Assembly (NCBI GenBank): GCA_050273025.1
Contig: CP158635.1
Location: 14,570,001-14,634,000, forward strand
Source of the DNA: Cenococcum geophilum
Lineage: Eukaryota
DNA length: 64,000 nucleotides
Reading direction: 5' to 3'
In this document: one piece after another, positions 24,136 to 36,385 of the stretch
Layout of the letters: each line of letters opens with the position of its first letter
Numbering within the stretch: position 1 is the first letter of the stretch
Program-made: the position numbers and the translations under genes
The notes under the pieces: generated by a model
Database searches by the model: none
What the model saw: the letters and a program-made list of their open reading frames with translations, nothing else
Told to the model about the DNA's origin: nothing

Positions 24136-27100
24136 GCACGGGCTCGCCTAAAGGTGGACATATAGACTCCATAGGCCCTATCTAGATACCCATCTTCCCT
24201 TACTAGATCTATATAGGTGCGAATAATACTAATAACCTTTCTATTTCGCTAAGGCGTTCTAAGATTATTTACACGCGTAATTAAACCCCTTTTATCTTAG
24301 AGATCGCGGCCTTATATCTTAGCTTAGCTACAGCCTTATAGGCGGGCTAGTATTTCCGCATTATTAGCTTATCTAGCGTAACTACGTTAACCAGCGAGCT
24401 TTCTACCCGTATAGTAAACCTCTAGTATTCCTTGCAGCCAAAGAGGGGGTCCTTTTATAGGGGGTAGAGCGGGAACTACTTGCGTAGAATTACTAAGTCT
24501 TATAATAGAATTACCCTAAGCGTATAGAGGAGGCGTAGAAATCCTAAGCCCGTAAGGTTAAGCCATATAACCTTATTATCGGCCCTACCTAGGTAGTAGG
24601 CCTCTATACGTTTTAGCTAGATATTAGTCTTAGGCTATATCTTTAAATAGAGGGCCTCCTCCGGCACCTCCCGTATATAGGGGAGAAAGTAGCCCTTTTC
24701 TTCCTTTAGGAAGCTAGCAATCGACCGCATAAACGCATAGGGTAGATAGCTAAGGTAGGCTCCTATTATTATATCCGTATTCCAGCGTCCGGCCCATCTA
24801 ATTTAGGTCTCCTTAACGCCGCTAAGCTTAGCATATTAGACGCTCTGCTTATAGGCGCTATAGGTTTTCTCCTTTAAGTAAATTCCTACCCCCTAGAACA
24901 TCTTTTTATTCCATTTAAACTACATATAATAGCTTAGCGGCCGTTACGGTACTTTAATACTACTAGGGAAGACGTATAGGTTATAGTAGTCCTCCAGCTG
25001 CTAAAAGGATAGAAAGCTCTTAATGCCGTCTTTACCCTAGTAATTAAAGAAGTAGAAGGCTACTATAGAGAGGGGGTAAAGGATAGGGTTAGCGTTCCGT
25101 ATACAGCCTATATACTTAACCTTACCATACTAATTCTACTTCCCTTATATTATTAATATAATTATATACGGCGCTAACTTATCCAGTTTAGGCCCTTTAT
25201 TCTCTAGTTTAATAAGGATAAGGTTAGTAAGCTAAACATCTCGTCTACTTTTACCACGGGTAATAGTAGTATAGCCTAAGGAACGGGTTAGAAAACGACA
25301 GCCGTATAGACTAGATAGGGTATATACAAACCTAATAAATGCTTAGCTGCAGTTTAAAGGTAAGACTTAACTAAACCTAGCATCTTAGAGCCCGTCTCCT
25401 AGCACCAAGTAATCGCCTTTTTAAGCCCTTTAATGTTATAGCCGCTAGTAATTATAAATAGGCCTTAATTAATAAAGTTAACGCGTTAAATCCAGTCCTT
25501 ATCACAGCAGACGCTATCTAGTACTACTAAGAGCTTTACCCCCCATAGCGGCTACAAGGTCTTACCTTCTAACTACCACGTATAAAGCTTAGTAATAGCG
25601 GAGACGTAGCTATTTACAACTAAGTATTAAACTATCTTATTAAATAGGGCATCTAAGGCCTCCTCATCCCATATCTCCCCTTCCTCCTTTATAACTTCCT
25701 CCCCTATACCTACGGCTGCCCCTATAGCTGCCCCTACAGCTACCTTCCCCCCTAGCTGCCCTACCCGCTCAACTGTCTTCTACCTTTTCTTTACCCACTT
25801 ACCATCTTTCCACATCTCTTTCCATTTTAACTTCCGTTTTTAATAGCCAGCAGCCTATAATTCTTAGTTAACAACTTACTGCTCTAAAAATAGGTAAAGC
25901 TTATCTTCTATTACCTAGGCGCCGTCCATATTACCTTCCAGTCTCGTATACTAGTCTTCCCACTCTTTCTACTTTAGCTCATACGCCCTTATAGTATTCT
26001 TTAAGCGCTAGGCCTTATAAATATTATATAGCCGTGCTATCTAGGCCTTAAATTCGCTCTAAAGGCTATAGGGGAAGAAGGCTAAGGGGGCTTCCGTTAA
26101 CCGTAAAGTAGACTATAGGGTAAGGAGATTCTTAAAAGACTCTATATCCATAAAAGGTAAGGGGGAGACGCGTAAGTACGGCGCGGGTAAATAAAGCCAC
26201 CAAACACGTAAATATTAAAGGAGAAGAAGAAGAAGAGGGCTCTATATTATACAATTATAATTACAGTAGGCCTTTCTATATAAAATTAGAAGCCCTATAT
26301 AAGCTAGCGCGGGCATAAGAACAGGAGAGGGTTGGAAAATAGATCATTAAGGCGACGGTGAGGTCAAAGGCGCGCTAAGGCCCTCTATACTAACCTAGTA
26401 CTAACCTAGGCCTCAAAAACGCGTCTAAAAAGTAGGGGCCACCACCAAAGGGGGGGGGTAATATTTGGACGATATATCGCGGACCTTAGGGGGTCGTGCG
26501 TAACCCAAGGTTATGCCAAGCCTAACCCAGACCTCCGATACCTCTGCTCAGCGGGAGCTCTCGGCATTCGAGCGAAATACTGGCTACACTACCCGCGGGT
26601 GCGCGGGCGTAATCGCGGGCGTGGGCGCAAGCGCGGGAGTGCCTGTAGAGGCGATCTACAGACGTTAAATAGAGGCAGCAGCACCTAATCTAGTTCTTAC
26701 AGCGCCTCGCAGAGCACTCTATAGTCCTATTTGTTAACTTAAGACGATCTTAAAAGTATTACAAGTGTTATATTTTAGCACTTTAATTTTCGCGATTTGG
26801 GCGTAAACAAGTTAAACACAGGGGGGGGGGGTGCGTGCAGTAATTAGGGGGCAACTAGTAGTGGCCTTAAATAGCTTACTAGGCCTAACTTAACGAACTA
26901 AATTTATACTGCCCTACTGATGTTCGGTTCTAGGTATGAGTTTGTTCAATTATTGCCGAAAACAATCTGCTCTGAATGCCTTCAAAGACCTCTCTAAGGC
27001 ATGTATGGCGTGGCATTGATGAAATGGGTCGCTCTTTGTCCCGGCCTGGGATTGGTGTGCAGTTCGTATGCACCTCGCACTTCACAGAACTGGACGAGTG

Positions 27101-27464
27101 TCTGTACGCTCTTGCTCTGCATTGGGTTAAATAGGTATCAAATCCTACATTTGCTTGCTACCTCTTGCTACTTCGTACTGATGCCTTCTTAGAAGGGAGA
27201 TAATCAACTGGAAGTGGCCTGACAGGAGGCAAAACGGTTCAAGGCTCCCTAGGCTCTCTTCAATACCTATGCAAGATTATCCTAGATCAAAGTTTATATC
27301 ACTCACCTCGACTTGCGCAAGCTTTGGGCTGCAACGCCCAGTTCCTTGAATGAAATAGATGTTCAAACGATGTCCTAGATTAGTCGTATATTGCGCATCA
27401 CTAGAGGAGCACATGAAAATACCCAAAGCCTGTGTTTGCGACTGCCCAAGACACATACAGGATT

Positions 27465-28256
27465 CTAAATAAGTAAGGCCCCACCGTTGGTACTAGTAAC
27501 ACTTCCCGTTAGATTCCGATTTCATGCAGTACAGATACGCCTCAGCTACATCCTCGACCTGGCCCACCCTGCCAATTGCCATTTTAGTCTCCCATTTCCT
27601 AAACGCCTCCTGTTTCTCTTGGTCCGGCATCTTCCACAATGTTGTGTCTACTGCCCCAGGACTCACTGCGTTTACCCGGATAGGCTTCATGTCCAGCGCT
27701 AAGCCCCGCGCCATAGTGTGATTGCTGCCTGCATAGCAGCCGACTATTACCCAATCCTGGTGCGGTTTCTCGCTCACCGAGCCGGTCGTGATAGTATATG
27801 ATGACGTATTTGATTTCTCGAGATACTTTGCAGCTTCGCGCGCTACGATGAGCGGTGCATTGAACCGGACCATACCGGCTTGCTGTATCTTTTCTAGTGT
27901 AGTTTTTTCGAGCGGAGTAATGCTTAGTGCGTCGCCAGCCGTGTAGACCGCATGGTCAAGCTGCCCATCGGCCTCTTGCACGGCCTTCTCGAAGAGTGAG
28001 ACGATGTTTGAATCAAGAGTCTCATGGTTGCCGAGGTCGCACGCGTAGCCAGAAATCCGAGACCTAGCGCTAGGATAGGCCTCTTCTAGTGAGGAGATAG
28101 ACGCGGCGATGCGGGAGGCTGAGGCTGAGGATATGATGACGGTGCAACCGAGCTCGAGGCAGGCTTCTGCGACACCGTAGCCAATGCCACTGCTACCTCC
28201 GATTATAAGACGCAGTTGTTGCGGAGTTTGTTTGAGTATTTTGTCTGGTCTGTCAT
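27465..28256 (-). pseudogene. Short-chain dehydrogenase/reductase with two frameshifts
   Basis: MTDQTKYSNKLRNNCV is out of frame with LIIGGSSGIG (Rossmann motif). The body contains PIRVNAVSPG. The native-looking C-terminus RNLTGSVTSTNGGALLI* is in another frame after EAYLYCMK. Confidence 0.8.
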
Positions 28257-28705
28257 CGTAGAGATATAATCGAAGAGTTTGCGTTTCAAATTTTGGATAG
28301 ATAGTTCTAGGTGGTACTACAAAGTAGTTCGGTAACAATTGAGGATGTTGATATTCGTTAAGGCACACCACGAAGCTTTCTTTTCACAATTTGACTGGTC
28401 GGATTTTGCTGGAGTTAAGGATGAGTGGGAAAGCCCTTACGCAGGACCTTGACTTAATAATGAGTGCGAGGCGGAATTACGGTTCGGAGATAAGAGCTTT
28501 CGCTGAGTGATGATGCAATTGCGGATCAATGATTCTGCTGTTAATGCGTTGCTAGCTGCGAGAAGTGGGTGGCCCTTGGCAAAATTTAGGCCATCTCACC
28601 TGTCAGCATATAATCATTCTTCACTAAACAATAGAGCTGACATTTAAGCAAGGCAGACCCAAAAAGACATCTATGCATTTTATAAAAGTGATATAAGCAC
28701 CTAAT

Positions 28706-31641
28706 CTAAGGCATCTGCCACAGAGAATTGATTTGCTTCCTCCGAACCTACAACATGTAAGCGATTAGTAATTATATATAATAAACGGAACAATAACTTA
28801 CCAGGGGCGCCACAAACAGAACACCGACACCTAATGCAGCAACAGTTGCAAGCATCTGAAGCTTGTTAAAGCCCTTCCCTAGCATATCAAATGCAAAACT
28901 CGGGGCAACTCTAGTCCCGAAAATATCCAGTCCGTAAGCGAAGACTAGACTCGTACTTTCTAGCAGAGCTGGACTAGTGGTGATCTTTTTAACTCCGAAT
29001 AATTCCATTTTGTGATTCAAGTACCACTTCGGATCAAACTGGATGACTGGCGAGTATTTGGAAAGGCCCTCGCTGACTTCCGCTGCCGTGGGGTCTCTTC
29101 CCACCGGCCTTCGGGGATCAATGATGTGACGTGGTATCCCAACAATTGAATTAGATTCCGGGAGTGTGATTAGGAGCTGGCGTGAGGTGATGCCTTGGCG
29201 AGTTTGTGTGACAGTCATGTGCGAGATCTCCTCCGGAATGTGATAAGTTTGAGAAACAACGTATGGCTTTGCTGCGTCATCTGAGGCAGTAGAAGGTTGT
29301 ATACTGGAGGAGTTTGTCGCAGCACCAAGCGGACCGCGATCATTTGGAATTGAAGATTCAAACAGTTCTGCCACTACAAGCTGATACCCTCGAGAAGGAT
29401 TTTCGAAAGATGAGTCTAGGGTGATGGAATAACTGAACCAGTTCTCCGACAGCGCTGATGGGATTGTTCGAGAAATATCAACATGGCTATGCGCAGCGGC
29501 ATATAGAAGGTTTCCGGAAGCAGAATCCAAAAGATATAAGGATGCTGCCCGGGGAGTGTCGAGTATTGTGGTAACAAGAACAAGGTTAGGATTGAGATAC
29601 TTGTAGAGTACTCTTCGGTCGCCTAGGACCTTTCCAATGGAAGCTACTGGATCGTTAACTGGTCTTGCGGTAACACCAACGATGCGCTCTCCGTTTGGAG
29701 GAACAAATTTCCAAATCGGGTCCGAAGCCTTTTGATTACGAAGGAAGCCTTTCAATTCTCCATCAACCAGCTCATAAGAAACCAAAGTTTGCTCTTCGGG
29801 TAATCTATCTGATTCCGCTTTGACCGTTCCCGCGGCTAAAGTGTTTCCAGTGGTTGAATTGATAAGAAGTGGGGTTTCGAGCCCTTTCTGCTTCACCTCG
29901 AAATATCCCTGTGAAATGCTCAATGTAGGATTGTCGAATGTAATTCCAGGGGCGAGTTTGGCAAGGTCAATGTTCCATACCATACGGCCAGCATTGCCGA
30001 CATCGAGTCCGACCAAATGGTTATTATCCGTGGCAATAATTACGAGTTTACGGAACCCGAAAGTGTCCTGTTGGACTTCACTAGCAGAAGCGCCTGAAGA
30101 TTTTCCGACAAAATTAGCAAGAATTCGTACTGGAAGGCCCTGGAGCCACGCTGGAAAATGCTCGAGGTCTCTTATGTGCCTTCTGACCCTATGTATGTAG
30201 GCAGCGAGAACATTCTCATGGCCTTCAATGGCTAGTTCTTGTGCGAGCGTTTCTTCCTCAGGGAGCTCTGCCCACACAGCAGTTACGGCTCCTGCTAGTA
30301 ATTCTGGCCGAGTCCATACGAATTCTCCGTTACGAATAAGTACCCATTGTCCATCCGACAATAGCAAGGCAGACCTGACTGCATGAGCAGAACCTGATCG
30401 AACAACGACCTCCGACACGCCGTGAAGGGGATAGAGTTCTTTGGGTGAGCCTGGTTCCTTGGTTGGCCAACGCCCAAGGATGCCATGCGACACAGAAGAT
30501 ACGACAATGGTCTCATCCGATGTTATCCTCGTGAAATAGACATTAGCATCGGTCGTGCTTGTGGTAAAAGCCCCCTTGCCTGCCAAGTCGGGAAGGGTGT
30601 AAGCCTTCGATATTACGTGTGTCTTCAAATCAGCATGGAAGACTTCAGCCGAATGAGCGTTGGCTGTCTGATACTGGACAAGAAAATGCGAGAGAGAATT
30701 TATCCGGTGCGGGGCGTGCAAAACAATTTTTTGTACTTCTTCGCCAGCAGCCCTAGGAACATTGAAGGTTGATATGCTCTTGCTACCGATTATGTTTATC
30801 TTCAAGACTTTATGTGATTTGTCGGTCCATGCAAGGATTGGAGATGCAGAGTTTGCCCCGGCGAAGAGAATGGAGTCGGGGGACGCGGCCTCGCCATCTG
30901 AGTTCAGGGTATACTGGTCGAGCTTCTGACCAGTTAATGGATTGACAGAAGTAACTTTAATCTTCAAGCCTCCTAACATGGTTGAGTGAAGCGAGATGTA
31001 GTTGATGCTCGTAGCGGATATGGAGACTTGGAACGGAGAGTCTCCACTGGAGTGCCAATTAGCCCATTTTCCTTAGAGAGATAAGTGAGGAGCCTAAGCT
31101 ACCTGTTGTCCAGATAGGTCCACTTCACAGCTCCAGTCTTGCCATCTAATCTCTTAACCCCGTGAATACCACCACTGAGAAGGACGACAACGTCCTTCGT
31201 ATCCCTTTCTGATTTACCATCCTCAAGCTCTAGTATCTCCAAATCTTTCGCCGTCGCGCCGGCAAAGGCAGCCTGCCACGCAAATCTTCCATCCGACGCG
31301 CTCCATGCTGTGATCTCACCGCCCACCGCGCTTACTATAGTATCCTGTCCCTCCCCAGCCCTCAGAAATCCGTCCGTGCCGTTCGGAGAGGGCGATAAGG
31401 TTTGCCGCCAGACAATAGAGCCATCCTTCGGGTTCACCGCACCAATGACTAGCTTGTCCGAGAGGGTATAGATGAGGGAGGCTTTTGAGCCTGCGTAGGG
31501 CTGCTGGAAGAAAGTAGCATCCTGTTTCGGAAAGCCTAGAAGAGGGTGGTGATAATCAATGTGGTAAGCATCGTCGGCGAAAATGGCGACGGTCCTGGCG
31601 ACCAGAAATGCGGCAGAGCCCAGCACAGCATGAAGCCGCAT
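28706..31641 (-). CDS. EMC1: ER membrane protein complex subunit 1
   Basis: Signal peptide then IFADDAYHIDYH (PQQ-like repeats). C-terminal SIGKVLGDRRVLYKYLNPN, LESTSLVFAYGLDIFGTRVAPSFAFDMLGKGF and a TM helix. Last exon VRRKQINSLWQMP*; two introns. Confidence 0.95.
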
Positions 31642-32030
31642 CGTTCACAGTGAATGGTCTAGATGAAGCAGCTCCTCAAGGTTCAGAGCTCCTACGTCCG
31701 CCGTTTCAGCGACTGTGGCAGCGGGATGTCGGAAGAGGTTCGGCCCGCTGTCTGACTCAGCCACTCGTTTTTTCTCTCGCCCTTCGCCCTGTCCGTTCAA
31801 GCAGCATGCAAAGCAGCAAGCCTCTCATCTGCCTTACGCTCACCGCAAGACGTCACCTATTCCAAAAGTTCTGATTACCACGTTTGTCAGCTTCCTGTTG
31901 AATTCAGCCCTCCTCTTGTTTCAATGCGAGCACCCCTGATGGTTGACATTATGGATTGCGAATTGGGCCCATTGTAGCTAATCATCGCGTGGCACTCTGG
32001 CGTGGCCAGCGGCGGAAAATGCAGTGCAAA

Positions 32031-32359
32031 ACGTAACAGCCACTAAAACGAGTCAGCCACCTAGGCGAGCCATCCACTAAACCCACTATTATAAATATTT
32101 ATTTAAAAATTTAAAAATAAGTTTATTATTATATATATAGCTTAAATATAAGTTTTAGTTTTATAATTTCTTTTAATAATTTTTTTCTAAACTTTTATAT
32201 TTAATATTATTGCTTAAATATATTTAATTAAATTAATTTTTGTTTTATTTACAAGTAGTTATATTTTAAATTTTATTTAAAAGGCTAAAGTTATCAAATT
32301 TTGGTGTTTTGGGAGGCTGACTCGTCTGGGTGACTGGCCCGTGGGTGTCGGCTACTCGT
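32031..32359. mobile_element. Degenerate Fot1/pogo-type MITE with very AT-rich core
   Basis: acgagtcagcc sub-repeats at the left end are inverted at the right end (ggctgactcgt). The core is nearly all A/T. Confidence 0.55.
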
Positions 32360-32623
32360 GGTCTTGCCCGGCTCTGCAGGCTTTGCAGAGTCAAGCCATT
32401 CTTGATAAGGCGTCAAAGAGCGCGCCTAGGATCCCTCCAGGATCCAACGACGTGGGCATTGGAGCTTGGCTATCGTCGGTCGAGTCCCAATTGTTAGGAT
32501 CGGTCTTGCATCCGGAGCTGCTAAGCCATGCTGCCGGTAGCGCCGAGAGACGGCCTCTGCTTCTTCGTTGGCGCCGCACAGGGGAAGCATTATTCCCCAA
32601 GCCGATGATGAAAGCTGCTTGTA

Positions 32624-32978
32624 CAGGCAAAACTCTTTATTACGATAACGGGTGTATATAACAGGTATATAATGGGTATATAACGATATATTTTGTATTA
32701 CGATCTTACATACCCTAATCAGGACTTTGTGGTGTAATTAGCGATTATCTGACTTTTGACGATATCGTTAAACCACCAATATCAGTATAACTAGTTGTAT
32801 AGGAAGGGGTATATCTGGCCCGTAAGGAGGAAAATCTATATCCTTTAGGCTTTAGATCTACTTTTTAGTAAGTTTTTACTGCTTATTCATCCTGCACGTG
32901 ACTCTTGATACAACAATACCATTGGTATTACGATACATTTGGCGCCAAAACCCATACCGTACTAAGAAGTTTCGCCTG
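32624..32978. mobile_element. MITE with TA TSD
   Basis: TA-caggcaaaactctttattacg ... cgtactaagaagtttcgcctg-TA, an imperfect ~21-bp TIR, with repeated internal tattacgat. Confidence 0.65.
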
Positions 32979-33805
32979 TATCGGGCAACTAGCTAAACTG
33001 ATCTAGTCCAATGTGCACCCGCGTGCGCTCTACGCATTGCAAAAACCCCCATGGCAAATCATGCCTGGCCTTGGCTTTGGCTCTAGGCCTCCTCCAGCTA
33101 CTGCCAGCAATAACCTCCAGGTCCAGCGCATCGTTGCAGGCATTGTCGCCTGTGATCCCGCACTACCTAGGCCAAGCAATTATGTCAAGGCTCAAAGCTC
33201 GATCGAGGCGTGGCCGAAGAAGCCCAAGCAGTCTTGAGAGGTATTAATTATGCAGCGGCACCCTCTCCAAAGTTGCCCCTCAGTCTCCCTCTCAAGCAGA
33301 GCCCGAAATTGTTATTGTTGCTTGAGCTATTGAAGAATCTCCTCACCTTGACCGGCTATGTAATCGATAAGCCCACGATCCTTTTTTTTCTCTCAACGCC
33401 CAAACGCATCTTGGAGGTGAGTCTGGAATCCACCCCCATTCGCAACCGCAGTTTATCCCACATTGAAGCTCTGGCGATCACCCCCATGCAACCTGTAGAA
33501 GACCCGGCTCAACCTAAACAATATGGCTTACCAGTCCCGTAGCCTGGCTGGTGGCTTTCGCAGCGCAAACACGCATCACTGTTTTCTCCAAGCCATAATT
33601 GAAATCTAGACACACGCTTAGCAATAGCAACACCCATATTGTCCTCACCTCTCGTACCACTATACACCTCTAGTTGGCCATTGAGAAGCGAACGGCGACT
33701 TTGATCCGCCTTGGCCACTTGTGGCGTGTCCCCGCGGCTGGTGGCAGCAATATAACGCGCGCGGCTTTCCTTACCACCTGTCCTACCAACACTTTGACCT
33801 GAGGC

Positions 33806-34762
33806 ATGTCGCAAAGAGAATACCATATAGTGGTTTTGGGTTCCGGTAAGTCTTCCTAGGAACGCGCCGGGTTAGAGTCGCCAACGCTAACGGATGAACG
33901 CTCCAGGCGGAGTTGGAAAAAGCTGTCTGACTGGTATGTCTTTCTACCACTCAACCATCTCAGGCCTAAGGGTTATCTACTGAACCTTCGAAGCACAGTT
34001 TGTTCAAAATGTGTGGATAGAAAGCTATGACCCTACGATCGAGGATTCGTATCGAAAAGCGATCGTAGTAGACGTTAGTACCCAATACCACTTCACTGGG
34101 TGCCCCAAGTCGCGTATTGATTCCCATGCACAGGGCCGACAGGTCATCCTGGAGATTTTGGACACTGCCGGGACAGAGCAATTTAGTGAGTCCTGTCTCT
34201 TGGGACGCGCTGTTTAGCAAGAGCTGACCCTAGTTTAGCTGCGATGAGGTATCCTGCGACCTTACCCGATCTACCACACCCCCCACTGATTTAGTTCAGA
34301 GAACTTTACATGAAAACCGGCCAAGGATTTCTCTTGGTGTTCAGCATAACGTCTATGACCTCCCTTCACGAACTTGCCGAATTACGAGACCAGATAATAC
34401 GAATAAAAGATGATATGAGGGTACCGATCGTGCTTGTGGGCAATAAATCGGACCTTGAGGAGGATAGGGCAGTGTCGCGTGCGCGGGCATTCGCAGTGTC
34501 ACAAAGCTGGGGAGGATGTCCATACTATGAGACAAGCGCCAGGAGACGGGCAAATGTTGACGAAGTCTTTGTAGATCTCTGCAGGCAGATCATCGTCAGG
34601 GACATGGAATTGTCGAGGGCGAGGGACTACGATCATCGAGACAGCTACAGACACCGTCGGGATAGGGATAGGGATCGAGACCGAGACCGAGACCGAGACC
34701 CAGGAGGGAGGCACGGTGGGCGACGGAGACGCCGTGACGTCTCACATTGTACAATTTTGTAG
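33806..34762 (+). CDS. RSR1: Ras-family (Rap-type) small GTPase Rsr1/Bud1, multi-exon
   Basis: [52 protein letters not shown] (Rap-type Thr61), GNKSDLE, YETSAR and CAAX box CTIL. Confidence 0.93.
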
Positions 34763-36385
34763 CGATGGATGTGAATCTTACCCGGCAAGTCCTGTAAGTA
34801 GGCATTTTCGACCCTGCAGGACAGGGCGCTTCGTCCTCAATCTCAGTTCTTCCGGTCTTTTCCGGCACTATTCTTTCTCAACCATAGAGGTATTAGAAGC
34901 GTAGCCCGCCGCCAAAATAACTTCTACTTTTTCTTGATTCATTCGTACGCTTGTTAGATTGTCACGCGTTCGACCCTGCGGCTGCATGTGGTGGCTGAGG
35001 TAGCTTTTGGCTAGATTCTCAACTCCACTCAGCCGCACGCTCATCTCCATCCAGAGCCTCTTAGGGCTTACCGGGAAAATACGACTCGATCGAGTAAGCC
35101 CCACTTAGTATGACCGTCAGCTCTTTATTTAATCAGCCAAGATGACCGAACTGTCAGCACAACGGAAAGTCAAATACACTTTCGGGGTTTCCCACCTCAA
35201 AGTTTAGCTTTGGAACTTGGCCTTCAAATTCTGCAAGCCTCCACTAGCATGAGTCCTTCTCGAGACAAGATGTTACTCGCATCTTAGAATTGCCCCCCAG
35301 TGCATGACGGCAATCCGCTTTCCTTGCATCTGCGAATTACAAGGCGATGTAAGGCGCCTCGAAATAGGTACATTTTCTCACAGCTAGAGTGATCCTGACA
35401 ACAGATACGAAGTTTCCTATGAGCGAAAGGGACATGGATCCTTAGAGATTCCGGAATGCGATTCAGTATGTACGTTGTTGTACTTGGACAAGATATCTGG
35501 ACTGTCGCAATCTGTATCCACCAAGATGATCTTGAAGAGTGCGGCCCGGGTCGAGATGATGTAAATCATTAGCAAGTCAGCTGTTGGGGTTCAGTTGTCT
35601 GGGGCCCGCTGATGATGAAACAACGAAAATCAATGAACCCAATGATACGGATTACTCGTACAGGCTGCAGATGTCATCGACCAGACTCATGTGCTCTAGT
35701 TCGGTCAAGGATTCGAAGGTCTTAATCTACGAGATAAACTCCGCACTTCTGGACACCTCAATATGGTGTAGCGAAGACAAATTTCGGGCTCCTAATTGCA
35801 CAGCATTATACTCCAAATTTACCAAGAACTCCAAAAACCCTCATAGCTTCACGAGCTCTCTCAACCGCGCACTTGTGCAGCCTTTCCACAAGGAAGTCAC
35901 ATTTTCATCTCGAGCTCCTGCACTGAGCTATGACATTGCGAAATCGAAAGCTCTCATAAGATCTCTTTGTCTATATTCTCATTGTATTTGACTCAAGAGG
36001 CGTAAAGAAACACCTAGGGCTCGAGTCCTCATCATCTCAATCCGCGCCGGGAATGTTTAGCTATCTCTGTAGAGAAGCTGTTGCAAGCGGGCCTGCTTGC
36101 TACGATAATGTATTTAGAATCACAGGCCGCTGGAAGAACCAGAACAAGTTTTTCAAAATGGAACAAGGATATCTCGGTTCCCAAAAGGAGACTCTAAACC
36201 AGGCGATCATATTTGCATTCCGGTCGGTTAAAGCACTCAACTTGCTTTACAGTCCCAAGATTGAAGGGTTTATGAATATCTTGTTGGAATATTATTTTGC
36301 CGTGGGTAACGCATGGAGAAACTATAGAAATTGGAAAGGTGGTAAATTGGAGGCACGGGACTTCATGAGATTCTCTATTTTTACT

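Larger units (their letters stand above)
23030..26900 (-). mobile_element. RIP-degraded CryptonF (tyrosine recombinase/NDC10_II plus GCR1_C); ORF about 26151-23545; element ends approximate
   Basis: Minus strand reads KEKT(H)SA(R)K..A(E)L.GV.ET(Q)IR(R)AGRWN...GAYLSYLP.AFMRSIA.F near 24700-24890. The C-terminal part reads YKM..GGNSVF(Q)LWT(E)WTLGLAGGP.I.AL...WGAR(W)...MFYSRRRRII (GCR1_C). Many TAA/TAG codons derive from RIP. Confidence 0.85.

Noticed and set aside
23545..26151. Tyrosine recombinase as a Starship captain
   Set aside because: The motifs are NDC10_II plus GCR1_C (CryptonF), not DUF3435, and no cargo boundary is evident.
36053..36385. N-terminal part of the 269-aa ORF as part of the transposase
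   Set aside because: It lacks the CENP-B-type HTH. It appears to be unrelated sequence fused in frame to a 5'-truncated remnant.
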